Shown one piece after another: positions 17,620-26,254 of a DNA stretch of 30,112 nt. The notes beneath the pieces are model-generated. The model had not been told where the DNA came from, did not search any database, and saw only the letters and a program-made list of their open reading frames with translations. The DNA is from an uncultured bacterium (lineage in GTDB: Bacteria; Fidelibacterota; Marinisomatia; Marinisomatales; UBA1611): NCBI GenBank assembly GCA_964399115.1, contig CAYNPR010000001.1, forward strand, positions 1 to 30,112, given 5' to 3'. The position numbers and the translations under genes are program-made. The stretch's first letter is position 1; the number at the start of each line of letters is the position of its first letter.

Positions 17620-18888
17620 TCACGGTCTGATAATCCAATCAGCATTATAGATATCTATGAATGCCGGTGCAATCCTGTCAGTTGGCCTATCCTGTGCTAG
17701 ACTGTAGAAAAATCCGACATAACCGGTATCCGGGCTAGAGTGTCGGCCGTTATTCTGAGTTTTTCCGCGACGTTTCCCGATAGCCACCATTTCGAATTCA
17801 GTAAACTTTTCCAGTTCAAGATCATAGGTAGCATTCCCAAGTAAATTGGTTTGCATACCGTGGTCGAGATCATGGGTGGGCGTCCAGTCATTTTCTCCAA
17901 GAAGCCATGGACCTTTTGCAACTGCCTTGGAATCCCCTTTGATTTTGACTTGAACAATAGACTGCCGTCGCTTTAATACTTCAATTTCCAGATGTGATTT
18001 CTTGATTTCCTGTGGCGCAAAGGGTAAGGTCTGACCTCTTATATTATCCACGAGGTGTAAACGAAATAAGCGATCTTTTAAAATATCAGGAAGCTGGTAG
18101 ACATCACCTTCATGAGGATCAGCGGGTAACCACATACGGGCTTCAGTCTTATTAAACCAAACATGATCCATGTTCCAACGATCGCCCCGTTCAGATTGAA
18201 CAGGAGGAGACGTTATCAAATCTGCTTTTACTGATTTAAGAATTAACCCACCCCCAGGATAGCTGTTTTCCCAGCGGTGCATTGCTTTTATCTTATGATT
18301 CCTGGGTAATTGCTGTTCAGATAATGATAAATTATTCCATTTCTTCAAACCACTCCTGATGGTCTCCAGAACATCATCTGAATTGAGAGAATTGATGGAA
18401 CTCAATAGTTTGCCACTAGGACTGCATACATATATCCCTTGGCGTGTTCCGCCCGCTCTGCGATAGTGGCCTGTGTTTGCCATCTCTTGAAAAATAATGG
18501 CATCTTTATCTTCAACCCGCTGCAGGCGCCATACTTCATCGGATGTTGGAATAAATTCTTTTGCGATGTTGATAATCCTAGAATCTGACCAAACAGACCT
18601 CCGGCCCGCAATGCCATTATTTCAGGTACAACCGAGTGGATGACCATTCATGACCCAAAGCAACATCGGTTTTCTCTGAGCATTCGCTTCGATCAAACCT
18701 TCTTGGATCGAACTCCGCCAAGGGATGGATGTCCAGACAAGTTCAATTTCTGTAGGCTGGATGAAATCGCGCCACATTTCATAATTCTGTGGTGTGAGAT
18801 TGAATTTATTTTGGTTAGTATTACAGCCAAAAAGAAAAAGAAATCCGATAGAAATAATAATTACTTTAGCGTGAAGATGTCGTTTCAT
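17620..18888 (-). CDS. Putative selenoprotein: thioredoxin-like lipoprotein, 422 aa with an in-frame UGA at codon 89 (18624-18622). Joins track ORFs 18622..18888 and 17620..18483
   Basis: SD GAGGA 6 nt before the ATG; lipobox LFGC(22); ...KPMLLWVMNGHPLGCT-TGA-NNGIAGRRSVWSDSRIINIAKEFIPTSDEVWRLQRVEDKDAIIFQE-MANTGH... continues in frame with no further stop; SECIS-like hairpin follows. Confidence 0.75.
18586..18616 (-). promoter_or_regulatory. Candidate bacterial SECIS element
   Basis: After the UGA: lower stem UGGC/GUCA, 3x3 internal loop, upper stem GCGGGCC/GGUCUGU (7 bp incl. three G-U), apical loop GGA starting with G 19 nt after the UGA. This is within the spacing of the bacterial SECIS consensus. 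Folded by eye. Confidence 0.6.
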
Positions 18889-19061
18889 CCCTAATCCTCA
18901 TAGGAGTTACAGTTCGATTTTTAAATTTATAAAAATGACCAAGTATAAAAGTTCTATTTTGCGAAGTGGCATCTACCATATGTTCATACAAAGTTATCAA
19001 AACTGTTTTGCGCATAAAACTATTATTAATCATTTCTGTAACTCCATTAATTTTCATCACC

Positions 19062-19490
19062 ATGAAGAAGATGAAAAAAATCCTTTTTATCTGCACCGGC
19101 AACAGCTGCCGCTCCCAGATCGCGGAGGGGCTGCTGAGAGATTTGGCTGGAGATAATTTTGAGGTATTCAGCGCCGGGAGCCATCCTTCCCGGGTTCATC
19201 CCGCATCCATTGCCGTTATGTCGGAATGGGGAATTGATATTTCAAATCATACTTCGGACTGGACTAATGAATACCTGGATAAGAGTATTGATATCGTTAT
19301 TACCGTCTGTGATAATGCCAACCAGGCTTGCCCTACGTTTCCCGGTGACGTAAAACGGATCCATTGGAGCATCGATGATCCCTTTCATGGATGGGGCGCA
19401 GAACCTGCAGACTTGGAACCATACCGCGAAACCAGGGAGATTCTTAAGGAAAAAATCGAATCCTTTTTAAATGGAGAAACCGATAGATAA
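19062..19490 (+). CDS. arsC: Arsenate reductase, thioredoxin-coupled LMW-PTP type
   Basis: ILFICTGNSCRSQIAEG, SAGS, VITVCDNANQACPTFPG, HWSIDDP. Start is ATG 19062 or 19071. Confidence 0.88.
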   Translation: MKKMKKILFICTGNSCRSQIAEGLLRDLAGDNFEVFSAGSHPSRVHPASIAVMSEWGIDISNHTSDWTNEYLDKSIDIVITVCDNANQACPTFPGDVKRIHWSIDDPFHGWGAEPADLEPYRETREILKEKIESFLNGETDR

Positions 19491-19497
19491 AATTTAA

Positions 19498-20814
19498 TTA
19501 ATCGAGAAAATCGGCCAGCAGATCCTTCAATTTATTCTCTCCAATCTCCTCAAGATCATACGTAACGCGCGTTGCTGGATGCTTGACGTCGACAATCCTG
19601 CGAAGGTCAATGGGTGTCCCGATGATCACCGCATCACAGTCAGTTTGATTGATGGTCTCTTCCAAATCTCGGATCTGTTCATCGCCATAGCCCATGGCCG
19701 GGAGCAAGGTTCCGATTTCCGGATAATGTTCAAACGTTTCCGCAATGGTCCCCTTGGCAAAGGGCCTTGGGTCGATGAGTTCCGATGCGCCACATTCTTT
19801 CGCCGCCACCACTCCGGCACCGTATTTCATTTCACCATGGGTCAGGGTAGGGCCGTCTTCCACGACCAATACCCGTTTACCGTTAATGACGTCAGGATCT
19901 TCCACTGTCACCGGAGATGCCGCGTCCACAACCTTGGCATTAGGATTGACCCGAGAAATATTTTGACGGAGCTTTTCCACATTTTCAGGTTCCGCTGTCC
20001 TTATTTTATTGATGACCACCACATCGGCCAGCCGAAGGTTGGTCTCACCGGGATAATATTGGGTCTCATGGCCCGTCCGGTGAGGATCCGTGACCACAAG
20101 CAGTAAATCAGTTTTATAAAAAGGCATGTCGTTGTTGCCACCATCCCATAAAACAACGTCTGCTTCCTGCTCCGCCTTCCGGATGATGGCTTCATAATCC
20201 ACGCCTGCATAAACGATTGTTCCGCTGTTGATGTGAGGTTCGTATTCTTCCATTTCTTCAATGGTACAATCATGTTTTTCCAAATCGTCTATAGTGCTAA
20301 ATCGCTGAACGGCCTGGGCACTCAGGTCACCATAGGGCATGGGATGACGAATCACCGCAACTTTTTTCCCTGCCTTTTTCAGAATTTCAGACACCCGCCG
20401 AGTCGTTTGGCTCTTTCCGCATCCGGTACGCACAGCACAAATACCAATCACGGGCTTAGAACTGGACACAGCCGTTCTGTTTATACCCATCATTTTGAAA
20501 TCCGAACCGGCGGCATTCACCATGGAACCCAAATGCATCACGTCTATGTGTTGGATATCGGAATAGGAAAAAACCACCTCGTCCACACCAAGCTCCCGAA
20601 TCAGGGAAACCAATTCACACTCATCGTGTATCGGTATGCCGTCAGGATACAACATACCAGCCAGTTCTGAAGGATAAACGCGGCCCTCAATATTCGGTAT
20701 CTGGGTTGCCGTGAACGCTACAACCTCATATAAATCGTTGTTGCGGTAAAACGTGTTGAAATTGTGAAAATCACGACCTGCTGCACCCATGATGAGGGTT
20801 CGTATTTTTGCCAT
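19498..20814 (-). CDS. COG2403 P-loop protein (cyclic 2,3-diphosphoglycerate synthetase-like; possible arginine synthetase ArcE type)
   Basis: IMGAAGRDFHNFN, FTATQIP, AVRTGCGKSQT, RHPMPYGDL, WDGGNND, EDGPTLTHG, LPAMGY, GTPIDL. SD AAGGAG before ATG 20814. Confidence 0.85.
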   Translation of the reverse strand: MAKIRTLIMGAAGRDFHNFNTFYRNNDLYEVVAFTATQIPNIEGRVYPSELAGMLYPDGIPIHDECELVSLIRELGVDEVVFSYSDIQHIDVMHLGSMVNAAGSDFKMMGINRTAVSSSKPVIGICAVRTGCGKSQTTRRVSEILKKAGKKVAVIRHPMPYGDLSAQAVQRFSTIDDLEKHDCTIEEMEEYEPHINSGTIVYAGVDYEAIIRKAEQEADVVLWDGGNNDMPFYKTDLLLVVTDPHRTGHETQYYPGETNLRLADVVVINKIRTAEPENVEKLRQNISRVNPNAKVVDAASPVTVEDPDVINGKRVLVVEDGPTLTHGEMKYGAGVVAAKECGASELIDPRPFAKGTIAETFEHYPEIGTLLPAMGYGDEQIRDLEETINQTDCDAVIIGTPIDLRRIVDVKHPATRVTYDLEEIGENKLKDLLADFLD

Positions 20815-20898
20815 TTTAAATTTCTCCTTAAATATTTTACATAAATTAAAGGCAGGGAATTTACCGTTTATAAATCTTCCACAGCCATGTAAATAAAC

Positions 20899-20925
20899 AA
20901 AAAAGGGGGCTGGACAGCCCCCTTT
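20899..20925 (-). terminator. Intrinsic terminator of the 20946-21665 gene
   Basis: Stem AAAGGGGGCT (20902-20911) / AGCCCCCTTT (20916-20925), 4-nt loop, U-tract on the - strand. Confidence 0.85.
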
Positions 20926-20945
20926 CAACTCAATCCTTTTACGAA

Positions 20946-21665
20946 TTATATTCCAAGACCCAGCCTCATATTCATACTGCTAAACCCAGCATTTCCTGGT
21001 ACAACATCTTTAGCAATGGTATAGCGATAATAGGCAAAAAGATCAAAGGTAAGCAATCTGAACTGTAACCCACCCTGGAAATGAACGCCAGTCGCTTCAA
21101 ACATATTCTTTTCTAAATAATCTATAAGGGCATCAGAATCGAATTCACCCTCTGCCAAGTCAGTATTTCCATCTTCATCCAATACAACAGATTCCATCAT
21201 TTCTTGATTGATAATTGGGATAGCTGCATGCCTATTAAACCCTCCGCCGGCAAACAGTTTTGCTTTCGCTAAAAATGGAATCCCAAGTTTAAAAATGGGT
21301 TTTTGTATGGTGATATAGGTATTCCCTGCTGCGAAGATAAATTTGAATGTATCCGGTTCCACATCTGCTAATTCCATTGCATCATTATAAAATGTGAAAT
21401 TATATGGGCTAGCAAGTCCATTGATTTCTATATCCAAACCGCCTAAAACCGGAATGATATCCACATAAAGATATCCACCGAAGGAACCTCCATTTTCAAA
21501 ACTATGTTGGTGAAAATATCCTGCTTCCTGCTCTAAAACCATCATGGGCGAAAAACTTTCATCCACTGAAAATGTGGCGCTTCCCACACTCAAACCAAGT
21601 CCACCAATAGCAAAGATGGATGAAGGGAAAACAACCATGATAACAGTTAATAACAGTTTCTTCAT
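20946..21665 (-). CDS. Outer-membrane beta-barrel-like hypothetical protein
   Basis: SD AAGGAG, signal peptide (…SIFA), amphipathic strands (GGYLYVD, KLFAGGGFN, GVHFQGGLQF, LFAYYRY), terminal MRLGLGI. Confidence 0.72.
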   Translation of the reverse strand: MKKLLLTVIMVVFPSSIFAIGGLGLSVGSATFSVDESFSPMMVLEQEAGYFHQHSFENGGSFGGYLYVDIIPVLGGLDIEINGLASPYNFTFYNDAMELADVEPDTFKFIFAAGNTYITIQKPIFKLGIPFLAKAKLFAGGGFNRHAAIPIINQEMMESVVLDEDGNTDLAEGEFDSDALIDYLEKNMFEATGVHFQGGLQFRLLTFDLFAYYRYTIAKDVVPGNAGFSSMNMRLGLGI

Positions 21666-21789
21666 TTTTAACTCCTTGAAATTCTTGTAAAATAAATTTA
21701 TGGAGTTTACAGCAAGTAAGTGTATGAATCAAATCACTCATTGATAACCCGCTTCCCTCCTGAATAAATTGTGGCTTATTAATTATTTC

Positions 21790-24045
21790 ATGAATCGATA
21801 CTTCATAACCTTTATGCTCTTCCCGGCAAGTTTAATATTTTGCCAGGAAATGGAGTGGCCTACCAAGGCAAGCCACTATTTTTCATCGAATTTCGGTGAG
21901 AACAGGGATGACCATTTCCACATGGGTCTAGATATTAGGACCAAAGGTACCGTCGGCCACGAAGTCGTGGCTGTGGAAGACGGCTACGTCAGCCGGATAG
22001 TTTCCAATTACAATGGTTATGGAAAAGCGCTTTATCAAAAAACCATTTCCGGGCATGAAGTGCTTTTTGCACATCTCGATTCTTATGCGCCAATGCTCGA
22101 AAAAGTATGGCGTATGCAACAGACCCAGCGTAAAAGCTACTTTGTGGATACTCATTTCTCACCCAAGGAATTCCAGGTGAAAAAGGGAGATGTAATCGGT
22201 TTTACGGGGAACACTGGATCCTCTTTTGGCCCACATCTACATTTTGAATATCGTTCAAGCACGAGCGAACCGTTAAATCCTCTCACGATGGCTTTCGACA
22301 TCATGGACCGTGTCACACCCATTCCAAAATCCATAGCATTGGTTCCCCTTTCCAAAGAATCCCTCATTAATACAAGTCCACTGACACAAACAATACCATT
22401 ATACCGCGACAAAGCAGGCATATACCATTTTGCCGATACCATCAGTGTATTCGGCGACTTCGCATTTGCAATCAATGCCGTGGATAAACGCGAGGGCGGT
22501 AATTACGAATATCAGTTTCACACAGCCGAATTGCTGATTGACGGCAAAATGAAATTTGGACTGAATTATGAAAAAATATCATTCTCGGAAGGAAAGGCTG
22601 CAAACACGGTCATTCAGTTCAATCTAAAACGGAAAAACCTTGATGAATACCAGAAACTATATAGATTGCCGGAGCATCCAGAAATGTCAATTCACGCTGA
22701 TGATAAAACGGGTGTTATCCGTCTCATGCCCGGCTATCACACCGTCGAGATCAACATTTATGACGCCAAAAGAAATAAAGCAACGATTCTCGGCAGCCTG
22801 ATCGGCACGTTTCCCATGACTCTTGAAGCACAGGAAATTTTACGGGATGAAAAAGTCATTACCTTGGCATTATCGCCAAAGCGAGGTTTTAGGGCAATCA
22901 AGAAAGCAGTACTTTACAGTTTTACTCCTTTTGGTTTTGCGGATCAAAAAATTGACGTCATCCATACTGAACAGGTGAACAAAGATCTTCATATCACTTT
23001 CCCGATAAAATCAATAAACAATCGCATACTGCAAATCATCGGCATCAATGAATTAAACGGCAGGGTAAGCCCTCACCACTGGACCACCATGGAACCAAAA
23101 ATCAGCGTGATAGATATTCACCCGGACCTGAAAATTTCCAACACAATACGAGGTGTGTTTTTCCAGGTTGAAATAGACCAATACGTCCCTGCTCACGTCA
23201 CCATTAAACTAACGAATGACGACACGTTTCAATCCCATACGCTTAACCAAGTAAGGCCCAATACTTATTTGTCCGAGATGCTTCCTCATTATGCGTTAAG
23301 AAACGTTAAATACATAGACGTGGAATTAACACACAAGGAACTTTCTAGACAGACACGATTTCATTTCATCCCAGGAATAGCGGAACCAAGGCAGGAAACG
23401 GTGGTGTTTTCCCAGGATCAAAACTGCTCAATCCAAACCCTCCCAAACACCTTTTATCAAACAAACGTAGTTTGGATAGACAAAGTCAATGAATATGCAC
23501 CTGTAGAAAAAGGGTTGCACCTATCGCCCGTGTACCAACTCCAGCCCTATGACGTTGCATTAAAAGATTCTTTCCTAGTAGGGATCAAATATGCCTATGA
23601 ACTCTCCAGTCATTCGAATCTGGGAATTTATTACTATGATGGTAAGGAAAAACAATGGACCTATTCACCCACCAAAAATAACCACCGCAAAGAAATCTTA
23701 ACCACGGCTCTGACGCAAATGGATGCGGTTACGATAATACAGGATTTGGATTCACCACAGATAAAAAGAACTTTTCCGGCAAACGGAGGACGATACCATA
23801 TCCAAGACGTTAATGAAATCCTGGTAGCGGTGGATGATCCTGTTTCCGGTATTGAATCTGAAGAGGCATCTTTTGATCTTTTCCTGAACGACAACCGGGT
23901 TTATCCCGCCTACCAACCGCTTAAAAAAGAAATATCTTATAAGTTTCAACAAAAACTGACTGCCGGCCAGCATAAAATCAAATATAAAGTGCGGGATCGC
24001 ATGGGGAATGAATCTGTTGAAACGATTTATTTTGCCGTTTACTAA
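21790..24045 (+). CDS. M23 family (LytM-type) metallopeptidase with a long C-terminal extension
   Basis: SSNFGENR..HFHMGLDIR (HxxxD), FAHL, GNTGSSFGPHLHFE (HxH). Start probably ATG 21790, giving a signal peptide. Confidence 0.9.
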   Translation: MNRYFITFMLFPASLIFCQEMEWPTKASHYFSSNFGENRDDHFHMGLDIRTKGTVGHEVVAVEDGYVSRIVSNYNGYGKALYQKTISGHEVLFAHLDSYAPMLEKVWRMQQTQRKSYFVDTHFSPKEFQVKKGDVIGFTGNTGSSFGPHLHFEYRSSTSEPLNPLTMAFDIMDRVTPIPKSIALVPLSKESLINTSPLTQTIPLYRDKAGIYHFADTISVFGDFAFAINAVDKREGGNYEYQFHTAELLIDGKMKFGLNYEKISFSEGKAANTVIQFNLKRKNLDEYQKLYRLPEHPEMSIHADDKTGVIRLMPGYHTVEINIYDAKRNKATILGSLIGTFPMTLEAQEILRDEKVITLALSPKRGFRAIKKAVLYSFTPFGFADQKIDVIHTEQVNKDLHITFPIKSINNRILQIIGINELNGRVSPHHWTTMEPKISVIDIHPDLKISNTIRGVFFQVEIDQYVPAHVTIKLTNDDTFQSHTLNQVRPNTYLSEMLPHYALRNVKYIDVELTHKELSRQTRFHFIPGIAEPRQETVVFSQDQNCSIQTLPNTFYQTNVVWIDKVNEYAPVEKGLHLSPVYQLQPYDVALKDSFLVGIKYAYELSSHSNLGIYYYDGKEKQWTYSPTKNNHRKEILTTALTQMDAVTIIQDLDSPQIKRTFPANGGRYHIQDVNEILVAVDDPVSGIESEEASFDLFLNDNRVYPAYQPLKKEISYKFQQKLTAGQHKIKYKVRDRMGNESVETIYFAVY

Positions 24046-24698
24046 TGTTTTTCCCTTACAAGGATGATAATCCTCGGATATTGATTCCTTATGTGACGTA
24101 TGGCATTATCATGTTGAACGTCATTGTTTTCCTTGGACAATTTCTCATCAACAATACCGACCCTAAAATGGGCAGAGCCATTATTTACGGTTTTGGTTTT
24201 GTGCCTTCTGAATTCAATTTATTCACCATTTTTACTTCCATGTTCATGCACGGCGGAATAGCGCACATTGTTGGGAATATGTGGTTTCTCTGGATCTTTG
24301 GAGACAATGTGGAAAGTATATTGGGCCATGTGAAATACTGTGTTTTTTATTTATCCTGTGGCGTGGGTGCAGCCCTGGCACAATTCATTGTAGAGCCAAG
24401 CTCAATCATACCCATGGTTGGAGCCAGTGGCGCCATTGCAGGCGTCTTAGGTGCCTATATGATTCGTTTTCCAAAGGCACGAGTTCATGTTTTTGTTTTC
24501 TTCATATTCATAACCACCATTGCAGTTCCCGCACAAATTGTCCTCGGATTTTGGTTTTTAATGCAATTAACGAGCGGTCTTGGTAGTTTGGGACTTGATA
24601 CCACCGGTGGTGTTGCTTGGTTTGCCCATGTTGGCGGTTTTATTATCGGGGTAGTTTTGCTGAAGTTTATCCAGAATTTTCGAATCGAAAGAATATGA
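24045..24698 (+). CDS. Rhomboid family intramembrane serine protease
   Basis: SMFMHGGIAHIVGNMWFLWIFGDNVE, VGASGAIAGV, VAWFAHVGGF. Confidence 0.95.
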   Translation: MFFPYKDDNPRILIPYVTYGIIMLNVIVFLGQFLINNTDPKMGRAIIYGFGFVPSEFNLFTIFTSMFMHGGIAHIVGNMWFLWIFGDNVESILGHVKYCVFYLSCGVGAALAQFIVEPSSIIPMVGASGAIAGVLGAYMIRFPKARVHVFVFFIFITTIAVPAQIVLGFWFLMQLTSGLGSLGLDTTGGVAWFAHVGGFIIGVVLLKFIQNFRIERI

Positions 24699-25078
24699 AT
24701 CAGGAATTGATCCAAACCGCCCTTGAAATGCGCGAAAAGGCTCGAGCCCCTTTTTCAAATTATAAGGTTGGGGCAGCTATAGAAACAGAATCGGGTACAA
24801 TCATCGGCGGTTGCAATGTGGAATCATCCAGTTACAGCTTGACGTGCTGTGCTGAACGGACGGCCCTTTTTCGCGCGATTGCAAAGGGGCATACCTCGTT
24901 TAAAGCGCTGGCCATTGCATCTAAAAACGGAGGAATGCCCTGTGGTGCCTGCAGGCAGGTGATCTGGGATTATTGCAAGAACGTACCGATCTACGTCTGC
25001 GATAAAAATGGACTTATCAAAACAACGTCTTCGTCCGAACTGTTACCGGACGCATTCGATGAATCCCATTTGAAATGA
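24695..25078 (+). CDS. cdd: Cytidine deaminase (homotetrameric type)
   Basis: APFSNYKVGAA, GCNVE, CCAERTA, PCGACRQ. ATGA overlap gives start 24695. Confidence 0.95.
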   Translation: MNQELIQTALEMREKARAPFSNYKVGAAIETESGTIIGGCNVESSSYSLTCCAERTALFRAIAKGHTSFKALAIASKNGGMPCGACRQVIWDYCKNVPIYVCDKNGLIKTTSSSELLPDAFDESHLK

Positions 25079-25689
25079 ATACAATCATAATCGGTATTGC
25101 AGGCGGAACCGGATCAGGGAAAACATCCCTGGCAAAGGGAATCCTGGCAGAATATGGCCAAGGCGAAGTGGCCGTTATCGAACAGGATTCCTATTACAAG
25201 GATTTATCTCATAAACTGCCCAAAGAAAGGGCTCAGCATAATTTTGACCATCCGGATGCCATTGATATCGACCTGTTTCAGGATCATCTAAAAAAATTAA
25301 TTGACGGTAAACCTATTCAAATCCCTGGTTATGATTTTTTAAACCATGTCCGCACAGAAAAGACAATGTCGGTTACGCCTCATCACGTTGTAGTTGTTGA
25401 AGGAATTTTAGCACTTCACTATTCTCAATTGCGGGAATTATTCGCAATTAAAATATTTGTAGAGACCCCGGCCGACATCCGTTTTATTCGACGATTAACC
25501 CGAGATATTAAGGAAAGAGGGCGAACGCCCGAATCGGTGAACGAACAATATTTGGCCACGGTTCGACCCATGCATGAACAATTTGTAGAACCATCAAAAT
25601 ATTATGCTGATATCATTGTCCCGGAAGGAGGACAAAATAAGGTAGCCATTGATTTGATCAGAACAAAAATAAATTCAATCATAAAATAA
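25075..25689 (+). CDS. udk: Uridine kinase
   Basis: GIAGGTGSGKT, QDSYY, NFDHPDA, VEGIL, RRLTRDIKERGR, VRPMHEQFVEPSK. Confidence 0.96.
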   Translation: MNTIIIGIAGGTGSGKTSLAKGILAEYGQGEVAVIEQDSYYKDLSHKLPKERAQHNFDHPDAIDIDLFQDHLKKLIDGKPIQIPGYDFLNHVRTEKTMSVTPHHVVVVEGILALHYSQLRELFAIKIFVETPADIRFIRRLTRDIKERGRTPESVNEQYLATVRPMHEQFVEPSKYYADIIVPEGGQNKVAIDLIRTKINSIIK

Positions 25690-25690
25690 C

Positions 25691-26254
25691 ATGACGTTAA
25701 CACCCCTTAATTCAGGCTGGATTGAAGTGATCTGCGGCAGTATGTTCAGTGGTAAAACCGAGGAATTGATACGCCGTCTCCGACGCGCACAGATCGCAAA
25801 GATGAACATAACAATCTTTAAGCCCCGTTTAGATTCAAGGTACAGCGATGGCCACATCGTGAGCCACAATCAACTTAAGATGAAGTCACGTATTGTAAAA
25901 TCAACGGACGAGATTTTAGAACTTGCTCAAGATGCGGATGTGATTGGAATTGATGAAGGACAGTTTTTTGATGATTCTATCTTGGATATCTGCAAAACCT
26001 TGGCAGATTCAAGAAAAAGAGTGATAGTTGCTGGTTTAGATACTGATTTTCGAGGGCTGCCATTTGGCCCTATGCCCCAACTTATGTGCGAAGCGGATTA
26101 CTTGGATAAACTGCGGGCAATTTGCGTAAAATGTGGAAACCCTGCGTCCTATACTCAACGTACATCATCTGACGCAGAACAGGTCGTAATTGGAGAATTG
26201 GATAAATACGAAGCCCGTTGCAGAAACTGCTTCCAACCACCGAAAATGAACTGA
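25691..26254 (+). CDS. tdk: Thymidine kinase
   Basis: GSMFSGKTEELIRR, IDEGQF, VAGLDTDF, Zn-site CVKC...CRNC. Confidence 0.97.
   Translation: MTLTPLNSGWIEVICGSMFSGKTEELIRRLRRAQIAKMNITIFKPRLDSRYSDGHIVSHNQLKMKSRIVKSTDEILELAQDADVIGIDEGQFFDDSILDICKTLADSRKRVIVAGLDTDFRGLPFGPMPQLMCEADYLDKLRAICVKCGNPASYTQRTSSDAEQVVIGELDKYEARCRNCFQPPKMN

Noticed and set aside
17575-17622. Second possible Sec read-through at the terminal TGA of the putative selenoprotein: hairpin AUACCA/UGGUAU with a G-first 12-nt loop 20 nt downstream
   Set aside because: Weak AU-rich stem, no Cys/redox context (…WIIRP), and read-through would add only 14 low-information residues. More likely chance or a weak terminator.
18866-19033. 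55-codon - strand ORF with GGAG 8 nt before its ATG, overlapping the selenoprotein start
   Set aside because: Would need a promoter at or inside arsC, has no recognisable features, and the GGAG belongs to the 10-bp inverted repeat already reported.
19579-20670. Long antisense ORFs (175 aa and 145 aa) opposite the COG2403 gene
   Set aside because: Typical shadow frames of a strongly conserved gene; no motifs or translation signals.
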